Shown in pieces: positions 1-13,500 of a DNA stretch of 64,000 nucleotides (position 1 is the stretch's first letter; each line of letters starts with the position of its first letter). Origin of the DNA: Ruditapes philippinarum (taxonomy: Eukaryota); the NCBI RefSeq assembly GCF_026571515.1, contig NW_026861124.1, forward strand, positions 62,001-126,000, given 5' to 3'. The notes under the pieces were generated by a model. The model saw nothing but the letters and a program-made list of their open reading frames with translations. It was not told the origin of the DNA and searched no databases. Made by a program: the position numbers and the translations under genes.

Positions 1-632
1 AGACCTTTAAGTTAATCAGGCAGACGTTGACCTTCACTCAAAATTGACCTTGACCTTGAAGGTTAGATTATTGAAATTGTCTTATTTTTGCTGTAACTTG
101 TCATAACTTTGTTATTAATGAATAATGGATTGACTTCATATTAAAACACAACATTCTTAAGGATAAGATATGTATGTCAAACTCAAATTGACCTTGGCTC
201 TTTTATAACTTGACTTTGAAGGTTAGAATATTGAATTTTCACTGATTTGAGCTATTATTGACTGTAATTTAGAAATTAATGACTGGATTATCTTCATACT
301 TGGACAAAACAATTTTTTGGACAAGACCTAAATTTTAAATGTTGAACTCACCTTCACCTTAGGCTTTTAATGACTTAATTTGATTCTTTGACATTGAATT
401 TTTGTTAAACTGTCATGATTGGTTATTTATGTACACATTTGATTCATAATTGGACAAAACAAGACTTATTTTCAAACAAACAAATTGAATAATTTGATAT
501 GACTGTTGACCTTTAATTGACCTTGACCATCAAGGTCATAAGAAATTCTCTCTTTGCTTCTCTTACTTGCTATAACTTTGTTATATATATATATATATTA
601 TATGGATTTATATTCAATCAACACATTGAAAA

Positions 633-687
633 ACACATTTTCCTTTACTAATTAGTTTCATGCGCAAAACGCAATCTTCAGAAGTGT
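633..687 (-). ncRNA. Second copy of the hammerhead ribozyme (left arm)
   Basis: Reverse complement of the 3390-3445 motif: cctttactaattagtttcatgcgcaaaacgcaatcttcagaagtg. Confidence 0.75.
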
Positions 688-3389
688 AAATGGTAGTTCT
701 CAATAAAGGGACGTAACTATGAAGTGTAAATGGTGGTTTCTCAATAAAGGGGCGTAAAAACTATATTAATACTGTTCATTTTTTAAAGTTTGCTTAATAG
801 ATATTTCCTGGAATGTCTGCAGGTTGTTACAAGTTCGTTTTCTTTTGTTAAGTTTAGCGTTTTCTTGTTTGCAGATAATGTAGAATTTCTCCCATAGGCA
901 CAAGTTGCATCGGTCGGAGGCTGGGTTGTAGGGTGAGGCTTGTTTTAAGATATTCCATGTTATGTTAAAGTCGATGTTTTCTTCTTTTGAGTTCCCAGAT
1001 ATATTTACTTAATTCAGTGCTGTTTTTTAAGCTTAGGATTTCTAAATGATGCTTTGTGGTTTGTAAATCGGGTTTTAAGGTATTTTCTGTTAATCCTACA
1101 TAAGTTTGTTTAGGCTTGTCGTCGTTTGTTTCCACTGTAGCTCTATATACAACCGATTTTCACAAGCATCGTCTGACATGGGGCAATCTATTATTTTCCT
1201 ACAATTGCATGTTTTAGGCTGATTTTTTACTATTTCTTTGGAAAGAATAGCTTTGTTATGTCCGTCGATTATTATTGTTTTTTATATTGTTCATGCAACT
1301 ATAACTTAATTTGACTGTGTTTCTATTGAATATTTTGTGTAGCAAGTGTTCCTTGGGAAATTCTTCGTCTAGTATTTTCAGAAACGTTTTTCCAATGTTG
1401 GTTTCTACATTTTTTTACTATATGGTGGGTTATACCAGATTATATTTCTGCTTCTGTTTTTGCGATTCTTGGTACCGTTGTCAGTCTTTTTCTTCATTTG
1501 AGTATTTAAGTTGGTGTTTATATCCACTATTTGTAATAGACCTTTGGTAGATTGGTGTTGCTATGTCAAAAGATTCTTGGTCATATGATATTTCGCATAG
1601 ACGTTTGTTAATGCCTATGGGTATGTTCTTTGATGATATTCGGTGGGTGGTTCGATTCGGTATGCACATATAACGGTGTGTTGTTCGGTTTGTTGTATGG
1701 AACATGTTTGCCATTCTTCAGGTTGAGTGTTACGTCCAAAAAGTTCACGATTTTTTTTGTTGGATTCAATTGTAATCTTCAGGCCGTGTTAGAGAAAGAT
1801 AGAGCACAGGTCTTTTTTTAATGTTTTCAATTTCACGTGGTTTCGCATCAGATACACCTAGACCATCATCTCGATATAGCCCAAAGTTTTTTCCATGTTT
1901 CTGTGTTATTTCGTTAAGTAAATATAATCCAACTAACTCACAAGTTTCTGCTCCATCGAAGCTTCCCATAGTTACGTCAAATAGATTGGATGTCGCTTTC
2001 TTGCCCCATGGTTCACCTGACTTGTAAAGGCATGATTGTTTTGCATGTATAATGATTTGTCTTTCCTCAGAACTGATGTCGTGGTATATTGACGCGAAAT
2101 CGAGTGCATTATTTAGCAGTTCGGCTGAAATTGAAGGGTAGAAATCCGCTATGTCGAATGATTTCTTAACGAAATAACACAGAAACATGGAAAAAACTTT
2201 GGGCTATATCGAGATGATGGTCTAGGTGTATCTGATGCGAAACCACGTGAAATTGAAAACATTAAAAAAGACCTGTGCTCTATCTTTTCTAAACACGGCC
2301 TGAAGATTACAATTGAATCCAACAAAAAAATCGTGAACTTTTTGGACGTAACACTCAACCTGAAGAATGGCAAACATGTTCCATACAACAAACCGAACAA
2401 CACACCGTTATATGTGCATACCGAATCGAACCACCCACCGAATATCATCAAGAACATACCCATAGGCATTAACAAACGTCTATGCGAAATATCATGACCA
2501 AGAATCTTTTGACATAGCAACACCAATCTACCAAAGGTCTATTACAATAGTGGATATAAACACCAACTTAAATACTCAAATGAAGAAAAAGACTGACAAC
2601 GGTACCAAGAATCGCAAAAAACAGAAGCAGAAATATAATCTGGTTATAAACCCACCATATAGTAAAATGTAGAACCAACATTGGAAAACGTTTCTGAAAA
2701 TACTAGACGAAGAAAGAATTTCCCAAGGAACACTTGCTACACAAAATATTCAATAGAAACACAGTCAAATTAAAGTTATAGTTGCCCATGAACAATATAA
2801 AAAACATAATCGACGGACATAACAAAGCTATTCTTTCCAAAGAAATAGTAAAAAAATCAGCCTAAAACATGCAATTGTAGGAAATAATAGATTGCCCCAT
2901 GTCAGGCGATGCTTTTGGTGAAATCGTTGTATATAGAGCTACAGTGGAAACAAAACGACGACAAGCCTAAACAAACTTATGTAGGATTAACAGGAAAATA
3001 CCTTTAAAAACCCGATTTACAAACCACAAAGCATCATTTAGAAATCCTAAGCTTAAAAACAGCACTGAATTAAGTAAATATATCTGGGAACTCAAAGAAG
3101 AAAAAACTCGACTTTAACATAACATGGAATATCTTAAAACAAGCCTCACCCTACAACCCAGCCTCCGACCGATGCAACTTGTGCCTATGGGAGAAATTCT
3201 ACATTATCTGCAAACAAGAAAACGCTAAACTTAACAAAAGAAACGAACTTGTAACAACCTGCAGACATTCCAGGAAATATCTATTAAGCAACTTTAAAAA
3301 ATGAACAGTATTAATATAGTTACGCCCCTTTATTGAGAAACCACCATTTACACTTCATAGTTACGTCCCTTTATTGAGAACTACCATTT

Positions 3390-3445
3390 ACACTTCTGAA
3401 GATTGCGTTTTGCGCATGAAACTAATTAGTAAAGGAAAATGTGTT
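3390..3445 (+). ncRNA. Minimal type I hammerhead ribozyme in the Penelope pLTR
   Basis: ctt-CTGAAGA-t(tgcg ttttg cgca)t-GAAAC, palindromic ACTAATTAGT helix III, GTA cleavage triplet at 3429-3431, then aag pairing with ctt. Confidence 0.75.
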
Positions 3446-3541
3446 TTTCAATGTGTTGATTGAATATAAATCCATACATACAGCTCTGGGATACCATCGA
3501 GCACTCTGTCTAGGGTTTGTACTGACTTTTAGTGTTATTGG

Positions 3542-3596
<55 letters not shown>

Positions 3597-4449
3597 AATG
3601 GATTTAATTATTAAACTTCATATTAGGACACAACATCTTTTAGGTCAGGATCTTTATATATATAATTTAAACTCAAATTGACCTTGAAGTTCAAATTATT
3701 AGATTTTCCCTGTTTATAGTGACAATTGTCTGTAACTTGGTAATTAATCAATGTCATACTTGGACAGAAAAAGCTATTGGATAAGACCTTTGAAAAGGTT
3801 GAACTGACCTTGACCTTAAAATGAACATGACCATCAAGGTCAAATTATTAGATTTTTTAAGTTGTCATATTTTCATGAAAGTAAGGATCTGATTCATATA
3901 TGGACAAAACAACACTCGTGACCAAAGGACATGTTGAATAATTTAGATATGACCTTGACCTTTAAATGACATTGACTGTCAAGGTCAGATAATTAAATTT
4001 TGCTTATATTTACTTAACTATTAATTTGTCATTTGATTATTAGAAAATATACTCGGAATTGAATTTGATATTGATTTTTTTTGTGTGAACTTTAGCCAGA
4101 TATGCGTGAAAAGCATTGCAACGCTTTTCATTTTAGGCCATTTTGCACAATCAAAATTATCGTTCTAGATTTTCTGGATGAGGAAAATTAATGATCAGAA
4201 AATTTGCACACAAAATATTGGTCCAGACCTATATCGAATTGTACAAAAATCTTGAAAAAAATATTTCCAGGCCGCTCACACCAAATAACCTCTCAGTTGA
4301 TCAGTGGAGTCCCTTTAAACTGTTATAGTTTTTTGTCCTGAAGTCTGATTATTTAAAGACATATTTAGCTGATGTAATCATGTTTAATAGTTGATTGCAA
4401 TCTATAAAAATATGTCTTTAAATTTTTATATCTGATAAAAACATTTCAG

Positions 4450-4563
4450 TTTTACCCAGAGGACATGTGTGGTGATCATCACATTTACTGTACAAGTGAT
4501 CAATACACAGGATGTGTTTGCCGAATAAGAGTAGCTTCCGGAACACCGTGCGGGCATGCCAGG
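4450..4563 (+). CDS. Exon N1, ADAMTS/ADAM-type Cys-rich (disintegrin-like) segment
   Basis: tttcag|...|gtgcgt, 114 nt, phase 0-0; FYPEDMCGDHHIYCTSDQYTGCVCRIRVASGTPCGHAR. Confidence 0.75.
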
Positions 4564-7500
4564 GTGCGTAACTTTACTACAAACATTGCTATTCATGTAC
4601 ATGACATTTTCCTGATCGATTTTTCTCATTAGATCTANNNNNNNNNNNNNNNNNNNNNNNNNNNNNNNNNNNNNNNNNNNNNNNNNNNNNNNNNNNNNNN
4701 NNNNNNNNNNNNNNNNNNNNNNNNNNNNNNNNNNNNNNNNNNNNNNNNNNNNNNNNNNNNNNNNNGATTACTTGTACAAATTTATATTCTGCTAAGCAGT
4801 ATTGATTATTTTCAAACAGTTTTCTTCCATTAGATCAGGGAAACAATATATGTAAAGTTCTTTTCTATGTTTGCCTTACAAGTTGACAAGATTATTGCTA
4901 TTCTGGGTCCTACAGGCGCTTATTTAATTTTGAAGAAAATATGGAAATTACCAAAATATGACAAATTTTCATGAGCTTCAAGAATTTTAGTCGTTGTCAT
5001 AGTAACCATTTGTATTAAAATCAACTAAAAGCAGAAACATTAGATATTACATTAATACATTGATCTTTTTGTTACAGGTTTGCAGAAAGGGCCAATGCGT
5101 ATTTAATACAGGTAAATTTGTTTTAAATAAATAGAACTATTAAACTCACTTGATTAATTAACTTCGCTTTGAAATTTCTGCAGTACACTACCTTTTTATA
5201 TGGTCTAGATGGATTGTAGAATAGTAAATTATGAAGTCACGGTCAGATTACTAATAAAAGAAACAAATGTTAATTTTCTTCTTTTGTAACAATACATTTC
5301 TTATAGGGGAAAGTAATAATTGCCACATGTCAGAAAATGCTTTGATAGTCCATTTTATTTGATTGACCAGAAGACAAAGATTTTGGTTAATACTCCATCC
5401 CTGACCCTGTATCCCAGGTGCTGTCCCAGGGGTCGTGACCATGGTTTCAATTTACTGGTTCATTAAGATCACAGGTATCAAAATTTTACTTCTTGGATAA
5501 TTGCAGATGTTCCACTTGGTGAAAATTGTGAATGTCACTCACAGTGTATTAGTAATGCAGTATGTGACCCGGATACACTTGTCTGTGTTTGTAATGAATG
5601 TTACTACAACAACAGTGGCAATTGTACTGAAAGTAAGTACATCAATATGATTCATTAAATTTTGGTTGAATTTTATGTCAGCTTAACAAATGATTTCAGC
5701 CGCGTCATGACAAAACCAACATAATGGGTTTGCAACCAGCATGGATCCAGACCAGCCTGCACATCCTCGCAGTCTGATCAGGATCCATGCTGTTCGCCAT
5801 GAGTTTCTCTACTTGTTACCTCGACTTTTCGATAAGAATAAGTAGAGCTATTGTAGTCACCCGAGCGTCGGCCTCGGTGTCGGCGTCTGCATCAGCGTAA
5901 CCACTTATGTTAAAGTTTTTGTAATAGTTTAAATATTTTCAAAGTCCATTGACATATGGCTTTGAAACTTTGCACACTTGTTTACCATCATGACACCAAC
6001 CTGTAGACAGGAGGAGGTAACTCTTTCAAGCATTTGACAGAATTATGCCCCTTTTTCGACTTAGAATTTTTGTTAAAGTTTTTGAAAACTTATTTGTATA
6101 GATACCATGTAGATCAAAAATTCACATGGTATTTATTAATTAATTAATTAATTTATTTATTTCCTTTGGGTTTTAATAAATTAAATAAATGAATGAATAA
6201 GTGAATGAATGAATGAATGAATTTAAATGAATGAAAGAATATGATTAATTGATTGATGGATTGATTGATTGACATAATGAATGAATGAATTTCAGAATAT
6301 AAACCTTACGTTTGCTTCATTTTTCAGAAATCCCAAATGGTGGGGAATGTAGTGAAGATGTTGAGTGTAAAGATCCGAACGCATTATGTATAAACGGAAC
6401 ATGCCAGTGTAAACCATGCTATTATAACAACAATGGCGTATGTGTAAAACGTAAGTTAATATAACACAAATTTACTGATGTGGTTATTTGCATGAGATTT
6501 GATATATATATCACATTCTTATACTGTCACAGGAGACAGGGAAGCTCGACTAATAAAATACTGGACGCAATAAGGAAGACAAAACTATGAAAGAAAAATC
6601 AATATACTTCGTAAAGTAAAGCTAAAAATAATATAAAAACATTTTTGTTAAGCAGTTATAACTCGGTGTTCAGCAGTTATAACTCGGTGTTCCATTGAGT
6701 ACCTTATTATCCGTTTACTCATTCCCAAGCTTAAGGTCTGTAGCTTACCCGTTTTAATACTGCAACAGTATTGCCGCATCAGACGAAAGAAAAGATGTTA
6801 AAAAAGTGGCCTTTAAAGTTTTGGAAGCCAGAAATACTCATAAGCAACGGAAATTAAAATAAGCTTTGAGAAAATTGTTTTTGGTCTGGTCTTGTTATCT
6901 TCGAATAAATGCACTGAAAGTTTAGCTTTCTTTAAACATCTGTGAATTATTTTTCGTATGTACGTACAGAAAGCAATATAGGCGAACAGTGCAATTCAAC
7001 AGCCCAATGTAAAGGTGACCGAACTGCTTGTGACACAGAAAGCAATGTTTGCGTTTGTGAGACAGGCTACTTTATTGACGATGAAGCAAATTGCGTTCCA
7101 GGTATAGCTACAGTTCATTTATTTTTGTTTAGTCTAACATACATGTACAATTAACACTTCTGCGTACAGTCGTATCTCTTATTTGTAAAAAGTGTGATTT
7201 TTTTTTCTTGCTGAATTCAGTTAATTCACAAAAAAGAAGCAAGCTCTAACTGATAAGAAACCATGAATAAAATAATTTTTTTGCACCACTTCAACAAGGA
7301 AATTTCAAAACTGTTTATATTTGTATATAGTTGTACAGTGTAAATTAATTTATTTTTCAGTTGTATTTATTTCATCTTTTATTTTTTTTAGTGAACGGAA
7401 CAATCTGTGACCGGTGCATTCAGCAACCAGATTCATGTACACAAGATGGAACAACCTGTTCTGATAGAGGATTTTGTGAATGTTCTAACAACACAGTGGA

Positions 7501-10500
7501 ATTCAATGGAGAATGCTGTGAGTGTCAAAATTATTGATGTAAAACATTCATCTAGAGTGGAAAAATACAAAAAAAATCAAAGCCTCTTATAGTTCCAAGG
7601 GGGTGTGGGGGGTGTGGGGAGGACTGTGGTTGCAATTGACTTGTACATGTAAATTATAGAGTGCAAGCGGTAAGAACAATGTCTCAAATCCACCAGATTT
7701 ATAGGAAACTTGTAAAGGGAAATTTATTGGGACATTATTGTTGCACCCTTATTGTCAGAATCTTTTAATTTATGCCGCCTGAGAACAAATGAAGATAGGG
7801 TTGATAACATGTTATGTAAGTCATCCATAAGTAAGTTTTAATGTGTAATTGTTGAATTTGTAGATGGTACAAGAGTGGGTGAGAGTTGTACAACAGAGGT
7901 AGATACATGTACAGATTACTACGCAGAATGTAACGGAACTGTATGCGACTGCGTTGAAGGCTTCAGCTGGAATGGAACGATTTGTGGTAATGTTATTTAT
8001 AAGCATATAGCTTTGTATCAATTTGTACAGGCATAAAAATACTAATTAGATATTCTTTTATAATTCTATTTTTAAAATGCTTTTGGATATTTTTTTATAT
8101 TATGTTATACCCCCTGTGGTCCGTCCGGGCGAACGAGAGGACGCTTGTTGGGTACCTCCAACACACGAGAGGACACTTGTTGGGTAATTCTATTCATTCC
8201 ATCAGTATTGTTGGGTACTTATATTCTCTTGTTATGTACCTTTAAACAAAAGAAGTACCCAATAAATGACCATTCATAGGAACGTCCGTCCGTCTGTCTG
8301 TCCGTTAGCAATTTGGTTTCCGGAGCATAACTTAAGTTCCATTTGGCCCACAGTATTCAAACTTCATAGGATGATTGCCCATATTGGGTAGAAGACCCCT
8401 ATTGATTTTGGGGTCACAAGGTCAAAGGTCCAGGTCACTATTACCTTAAAACTGAAAATGGTTTCCGGAGCATAACTTAAGTTCCATTTGGCCCACAGTC
8501 TCCAAACTTCACAGCATAATTGTCCATATTGGTTAGAAGACCCCTATTGATTTGGGGTCACAAGGTCAAAGGTCAAGGTCACTATTACCTTAAAACTGAA
8601 AATGGTTTCCTGAGCATAACTTAAGTTCCATTTGGCCCACAGTATTCAAACTTCATAGGATGATTGTCCATATTGGGTAGAAGACCCCTATTGATTTTGG
8701 GGTCACAATGTGAAAGGTCAAGGTCACTATTACCTTAAAACTGAAAATGGTTTCCGGAGCATAGCTTAAGTTCCATTTGGCCAACAGTATTCAAACTTTA
8801 TAGGATGATTGTCCATATTGGGTAGAAGACCCCTATTGATTTTGGGGTCACAAGGTCAAAGGTCAAGGTCACTATTTCCTTAAAACTGAAAACAGTTTCC
8901 GCTAAATAACTTAAGTATTAATTAACCTACAGTTGTAAAATTTTATAGGATGGACAGCTATGTCCAATACATGACCCCTATGGTTTTTAGGGTCATAAGT
9001 TCAAAGGTCAGGGTCACAATGAGCTTTACACTGAAAGTTGTGGTTTCTTGATCATAACTTCAACTTGATGCTGGTGCTTTGAAAACAGCAACTGTATATA
9101 TATGAAGGTTTTCCAGCTATAAAGGAGGATTGCTTTTTGAAGGAGGTAATACTGCATTTAATTCCCATGTCTTACAAATGTTTCATCCTTACTAACAAAA
9201 TAAAAACACTTTTGGGCATATAATGCTCTGCCTAGCGGTGCTCTTGTTTTTCTTGTGAAAGCATATAGTTGTCAAGCTGCACTACTTTCTACTCTTCCAA
9301 TCAGGATCTGTCACCTTTTCGCCTAGTGCCTTCAAAACTAATCACCGATGCCAATTAGTCAAACTTAATACTTGTATAGTTTAGGTCAAGGCCATAGTGA
9401 TATTTTCTTCTTTTTTTCTCACAAACCATGAATTATGGCATGTCATGCATGTATGTTTACCAGACATTTTTTTTTAAACTATTAAACAGAGGGAAGACGA
9501 CATGGTCTCTCCAAAAAATATCTTCACATTGTCTCAGAGACTCTCTTTGACAAGTTTTAATGGTTGGTCTAAATCTAGTCTTTTTGAAATCTATTATTAA
9601 TAGAATAAAATTTAATAGTAACTGAAATTTCTCTTTAGTTTGATGTTTTTCATTGATATATGTCTCATAACCAGACTCATACATGTATTTGTGCATTATT
9701 TCTCACACAACCTTGTACTGAAATTAAATCATTGACTGTTTGTACCATAAAACTGGATATCTTCCTTTCACATAAACTTAAGTCCCTTTAAAACTCATTC
9801 AACCATTCACTGTTAAGAAACATTATATTTACGCAAATTTTCTTTTGAATCAGTTGGACGCACACTGTGTGACCCATGTGACACGTCCCCATCATCATGT
9901 GATGACGAACTTGTATGCAGCCCTGAAACGTATCGCTGTGAATGTCCTAGTGGCCATGTTCAAGTGGGCGATACCTGCTGTAAGATTTTCTTTGTATCGT
10001 TTAATTCTTCTATTTATATAGTTTTTGCTGATTAAAGCATTATTTTTATAATCTTGTTAAATTGAAGTAATGCTGATAAGTTCTAAATAATCAAATTAAA
10101 AAAAAACAGCAACCCATTGGTTTGTGTGTAGTAGTCATAACAGAAAAAATGTAGAAAAAAATTTATATAAACAAATGTAATAACATCTTTATTTTTAATT
10201 TTTTGTTTGTTTTTGTTATAATACAGTATAACCTCCGAGGAGGGGCCCCTTGTAGACCAATTACCTCTTTATATAAAAGCAATATTATTTCTTCACTAAG
10301 TAAACAATTTTACTATATTTTACTGTAGAGCAACACCTCTATGAGCAGCAACTAAAATATTTGTCTCCCAAAGGGTGTAGGTTTTACTGTTGTGTTTTGT
10401 AAATGAAAAATTTTGATTCTGGAATGTTTTTACTCTTAAATCAGTTTTTAGCGAGTTCCGATTTTCTCAACTTTCACTGAATATGTTAATTTGAAATATT

Positions 10501-13500
10501 TCATTGCAGGTGGCAGATTTGTAACTGAACCTTGCAGTGGTTATACTGTTGTGCTTTGTAAATGAGAAATTTTTTATTCTGTAACGTTTTTACTCTTAAA
10601 TCTTGTACAGTGAAAGTTGAGACAACCGGACATCGAAGGGAAAATCTTGGACTGATAAATCATCCAGTATTTAGAGAGTTACGATTTTCTCAACTTTCAC
10701 TATATATATTAATCTAAAATCTTTCATTGCAGATGGCAGATTTGTTACTGAACCTTGTACAATATCCCTCGATACCTGTGTCGATGACAACGCTGAATGT
10801 AACGGCACTGTGTGTGTCTGTATTGCTAACTTTGTTTGGAACGGATCAATTTGCGGTAAATTTTTTCATTGTTCATTTACTTCTAGATTATTTATAATAA
10901 GAAAAAAGATACTATTTCAAATGGGGTGTTTAATTTCTTAAATTTTAAGCAATCATAACCAACTTTAGGATTATTTCTATATTTTTGAAGAATAAGGAGA
11001 GCTATTGTAATCACCAAGGCATCTGGGTCGACATCACCATCACACTTAATTGGTTAAGTTTTTTGCGTGAAAGTTATTATCTCCAAAAATACTGAATTGA
11101 ATGGGTTGAAACTGCAAACTTTATTTGAGAGCATAATAGAAATTAAAGAAACAAGGTCATTTTTTTAAGGCCCATAACTCAAACTTGGATTTTAAAAGAA
11201 GTATAATTCTACATTATTCAGGCTCTAAAAGTGTTTTGCTATTAAGCACCATGCTGTCCTTCTGATTGCTCTTGTTGTCATTTATAGAAGTGTATATTAA
11301 TGTACTTAAAATTTGAGCCGATATATTTATTATCCATATTTGACCTTCGATGTACCAGTACCAACTCGGTCATATTGACAATTATATTGACTGGTTTACG
11401 TTAATATTAAGTTTTTCACATGTATACAATAAAGTTATGTTATAGTTGGAGACAGCCTGTGTGACCCCTGTGACCCTGCTATTACTACATGTGACTCTTC
11501 ACTAGTATGTAGTTCAGATACTTACAGATGTGAATGTCCCCCAGGATTTGTACAAATAGGAGATGCCTGCTGTAAGTACATTTGTGTACTTTCATTATAG
11601 AAATATTAGAATATGGTTCATCTCTTACTTATACACAATATTTTTCTGATAACATTGTAAAGATTTCACATTTTAGTGAATTTTCTGAACTTTTTTGTTG
11701 AATTTATCAATTGATATATTAGTTTACATATAATGAAAACAAACGTTATCATATTTGACTCGGACCTGTTTCTGCTATTGAGATTGCTATTTGACCTTTA
11801 CAACTATTGAGTTTAGATCATTTACTACTGTAAAATCAGTTTTGTTTTTTTTGAAGCATAATACATATGTTAACTGTGAAATATTATATAATTGAATACA
11901 GTACATTATACAATATAATATAATAAAAAATATAAATGAGCCACGTCACGACACGTCTGCGCAGTCTGATCTGGATCCATGCTGGTCGCAAACCCATTAT
12001 GTTGGTTTTGTCGTGACGTGACTCAAATGTTTGGTATACTTGTAAAGCATAATATCTGATACAGTTTGAAAATAATTCAAAATAAATACCTTAGTCATTT
12101 TCATTTGGGGGTGGGGAGTTCATGTGATCGTCTTATGTTAGTAAATGAACCGTTGGTATGTCCCCACAAAGTGGGAGCATATAGCGTTGCACTTGTCCGT
12201 CCGTCCATCCGTCCGTCCATCTGTACGTCCTGAAATCTTGTGAATGCAACTCCTCTTAAACTGGATGGCAGATTTTGCTTAAACTTTCAGGGATGAACAA
12301 CCTTAATGTGTAGATGGTAGTAAAGGAAGGAATTTTTGCAGCGACCAAATTTAACAGAATTATGGCCCTTTGTTGATTTTTAGCTCGACTATTCGAAGAA
12401 CATGAGAGCTATTGTAGTCGCCCCGGCGTCGGCGTCGGTGTCGGCGTCAGCGTCCGCGTCGGCGTCTGCGTTGGTTAAAGTTTTTTGTAAAGTCAAATAT
12501 CTCAATAATTACTTGAGATATTCAATTGAAACTTACAATACTTATTTATAGTAACAAGGTACATCAGATTGACAAGTTTGATAACTCTGCCTACAATATT
12601 GACAGAATTATGCCCCTTTTTAACTTAGAAATTTTGGTTAAAGTTTTTTGTAAAGTCAAATATCTCAATAATTACTTGAGATATTCAATTGAAACTTACA
12701 ATACTTATTTATAGTAACAAGGTACATCAGATTGACAAGTTTGATAACTCTGCCTACAATATTGACAGAATTATGCCCCTTTTTAACTTAGAAATTTTGG
12801 TTAAAGTTTTTTGTAAAGTCAAATATCTCAATTATTGCTTGAGATATTCAATTGAAACTTACAATACTTATTTAAAGTAACAAGGTACATCAGATTGACA
12901 AGTTGGATAACTCTGCCTACAATATTGACAGAATTATGCCCCTTTGGAACTTAGAAATTTTGGTTAAAGTTTTTTTGTAAAGTCAAATATCTCAATTATT
13001 GCTTGAGATATTCAATTGAAATTTAAAATACTTTTTTATAGTAACAATGTACATCACTTTGCAAAATTGCATAACTCTGCCTGCAAAATTTGAAGAATTA
13101 TTTGCCCCTTTGAAACTTAGAAATTTTGGTTAAAGGTTAAAGGTCTTCAAAGATATTTACTTGAAACTTTACACATGCACTTAGATTCATAATTGGAGGG
13201 TCATAATTGTATGTCACTAACCAAGTTCCATAACTCTATCTTGCATTTAGGCTGATTCATATCCCCTTTTCTACTTAGTCTCTTGGTTAATGTTTACATG
13301 CAAGTTTTACATATCTCAATAACTATTAAAGATATTTATCTAAAACTTCACATATGCATTTAGGGTCATAATTGTAGGTCACTGACAAAGATCCATAATT
13401 CTATCTTGCATTTAGGCTGATTTTTCTCCCCTTTTTCAACTTAGAAATTCATGGTAAAGTTTTGCTTGTAAGCTGTTATCTCAATTACTACTGAAGGGTT

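Larger units (their letters stand above)
601..3545. mobile_element. Penelope-like retroelement (RT + GIY-YIG endonuclease), two 5'-truncated copies in inverted, outward-facing arrangement; frameshifted
   Basis: Minus ORF 1766-2188 has [28 protein letters not shown] and [11 protein letters not shown] motifs. The + arm has VYRATV...TYVGLT and RCNLCLWEK...LNKRNELVTTCRH. Arms 601-1918 and 2165-3476 are reverse complements. Flanked by (TA)n. Confidence 0.9.
1..4030. repeat. Degenerate ~155-bp tandem array interrupted by the Penelope-like insertion
   Basis: Recurrent ttgaccttgaccttgaaggt and cttcatacttggacaaaacaa motifs at 1-580 and 3600-4030. Confidence 0.65.

Noticed and set aside
4820-4925. Possible additional exon after the N gap (FLPLDQGNNICK...)
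   Set aside because: In-frame stop follows and no convincing donor; N1 and N2 already join into a complete motif.
7011-7019. KGD integrin-binding-like tripeptide in exon L3
   Set aside because: A single tripeptide occurrence is expected by chance, and there is no loop-context evidence.
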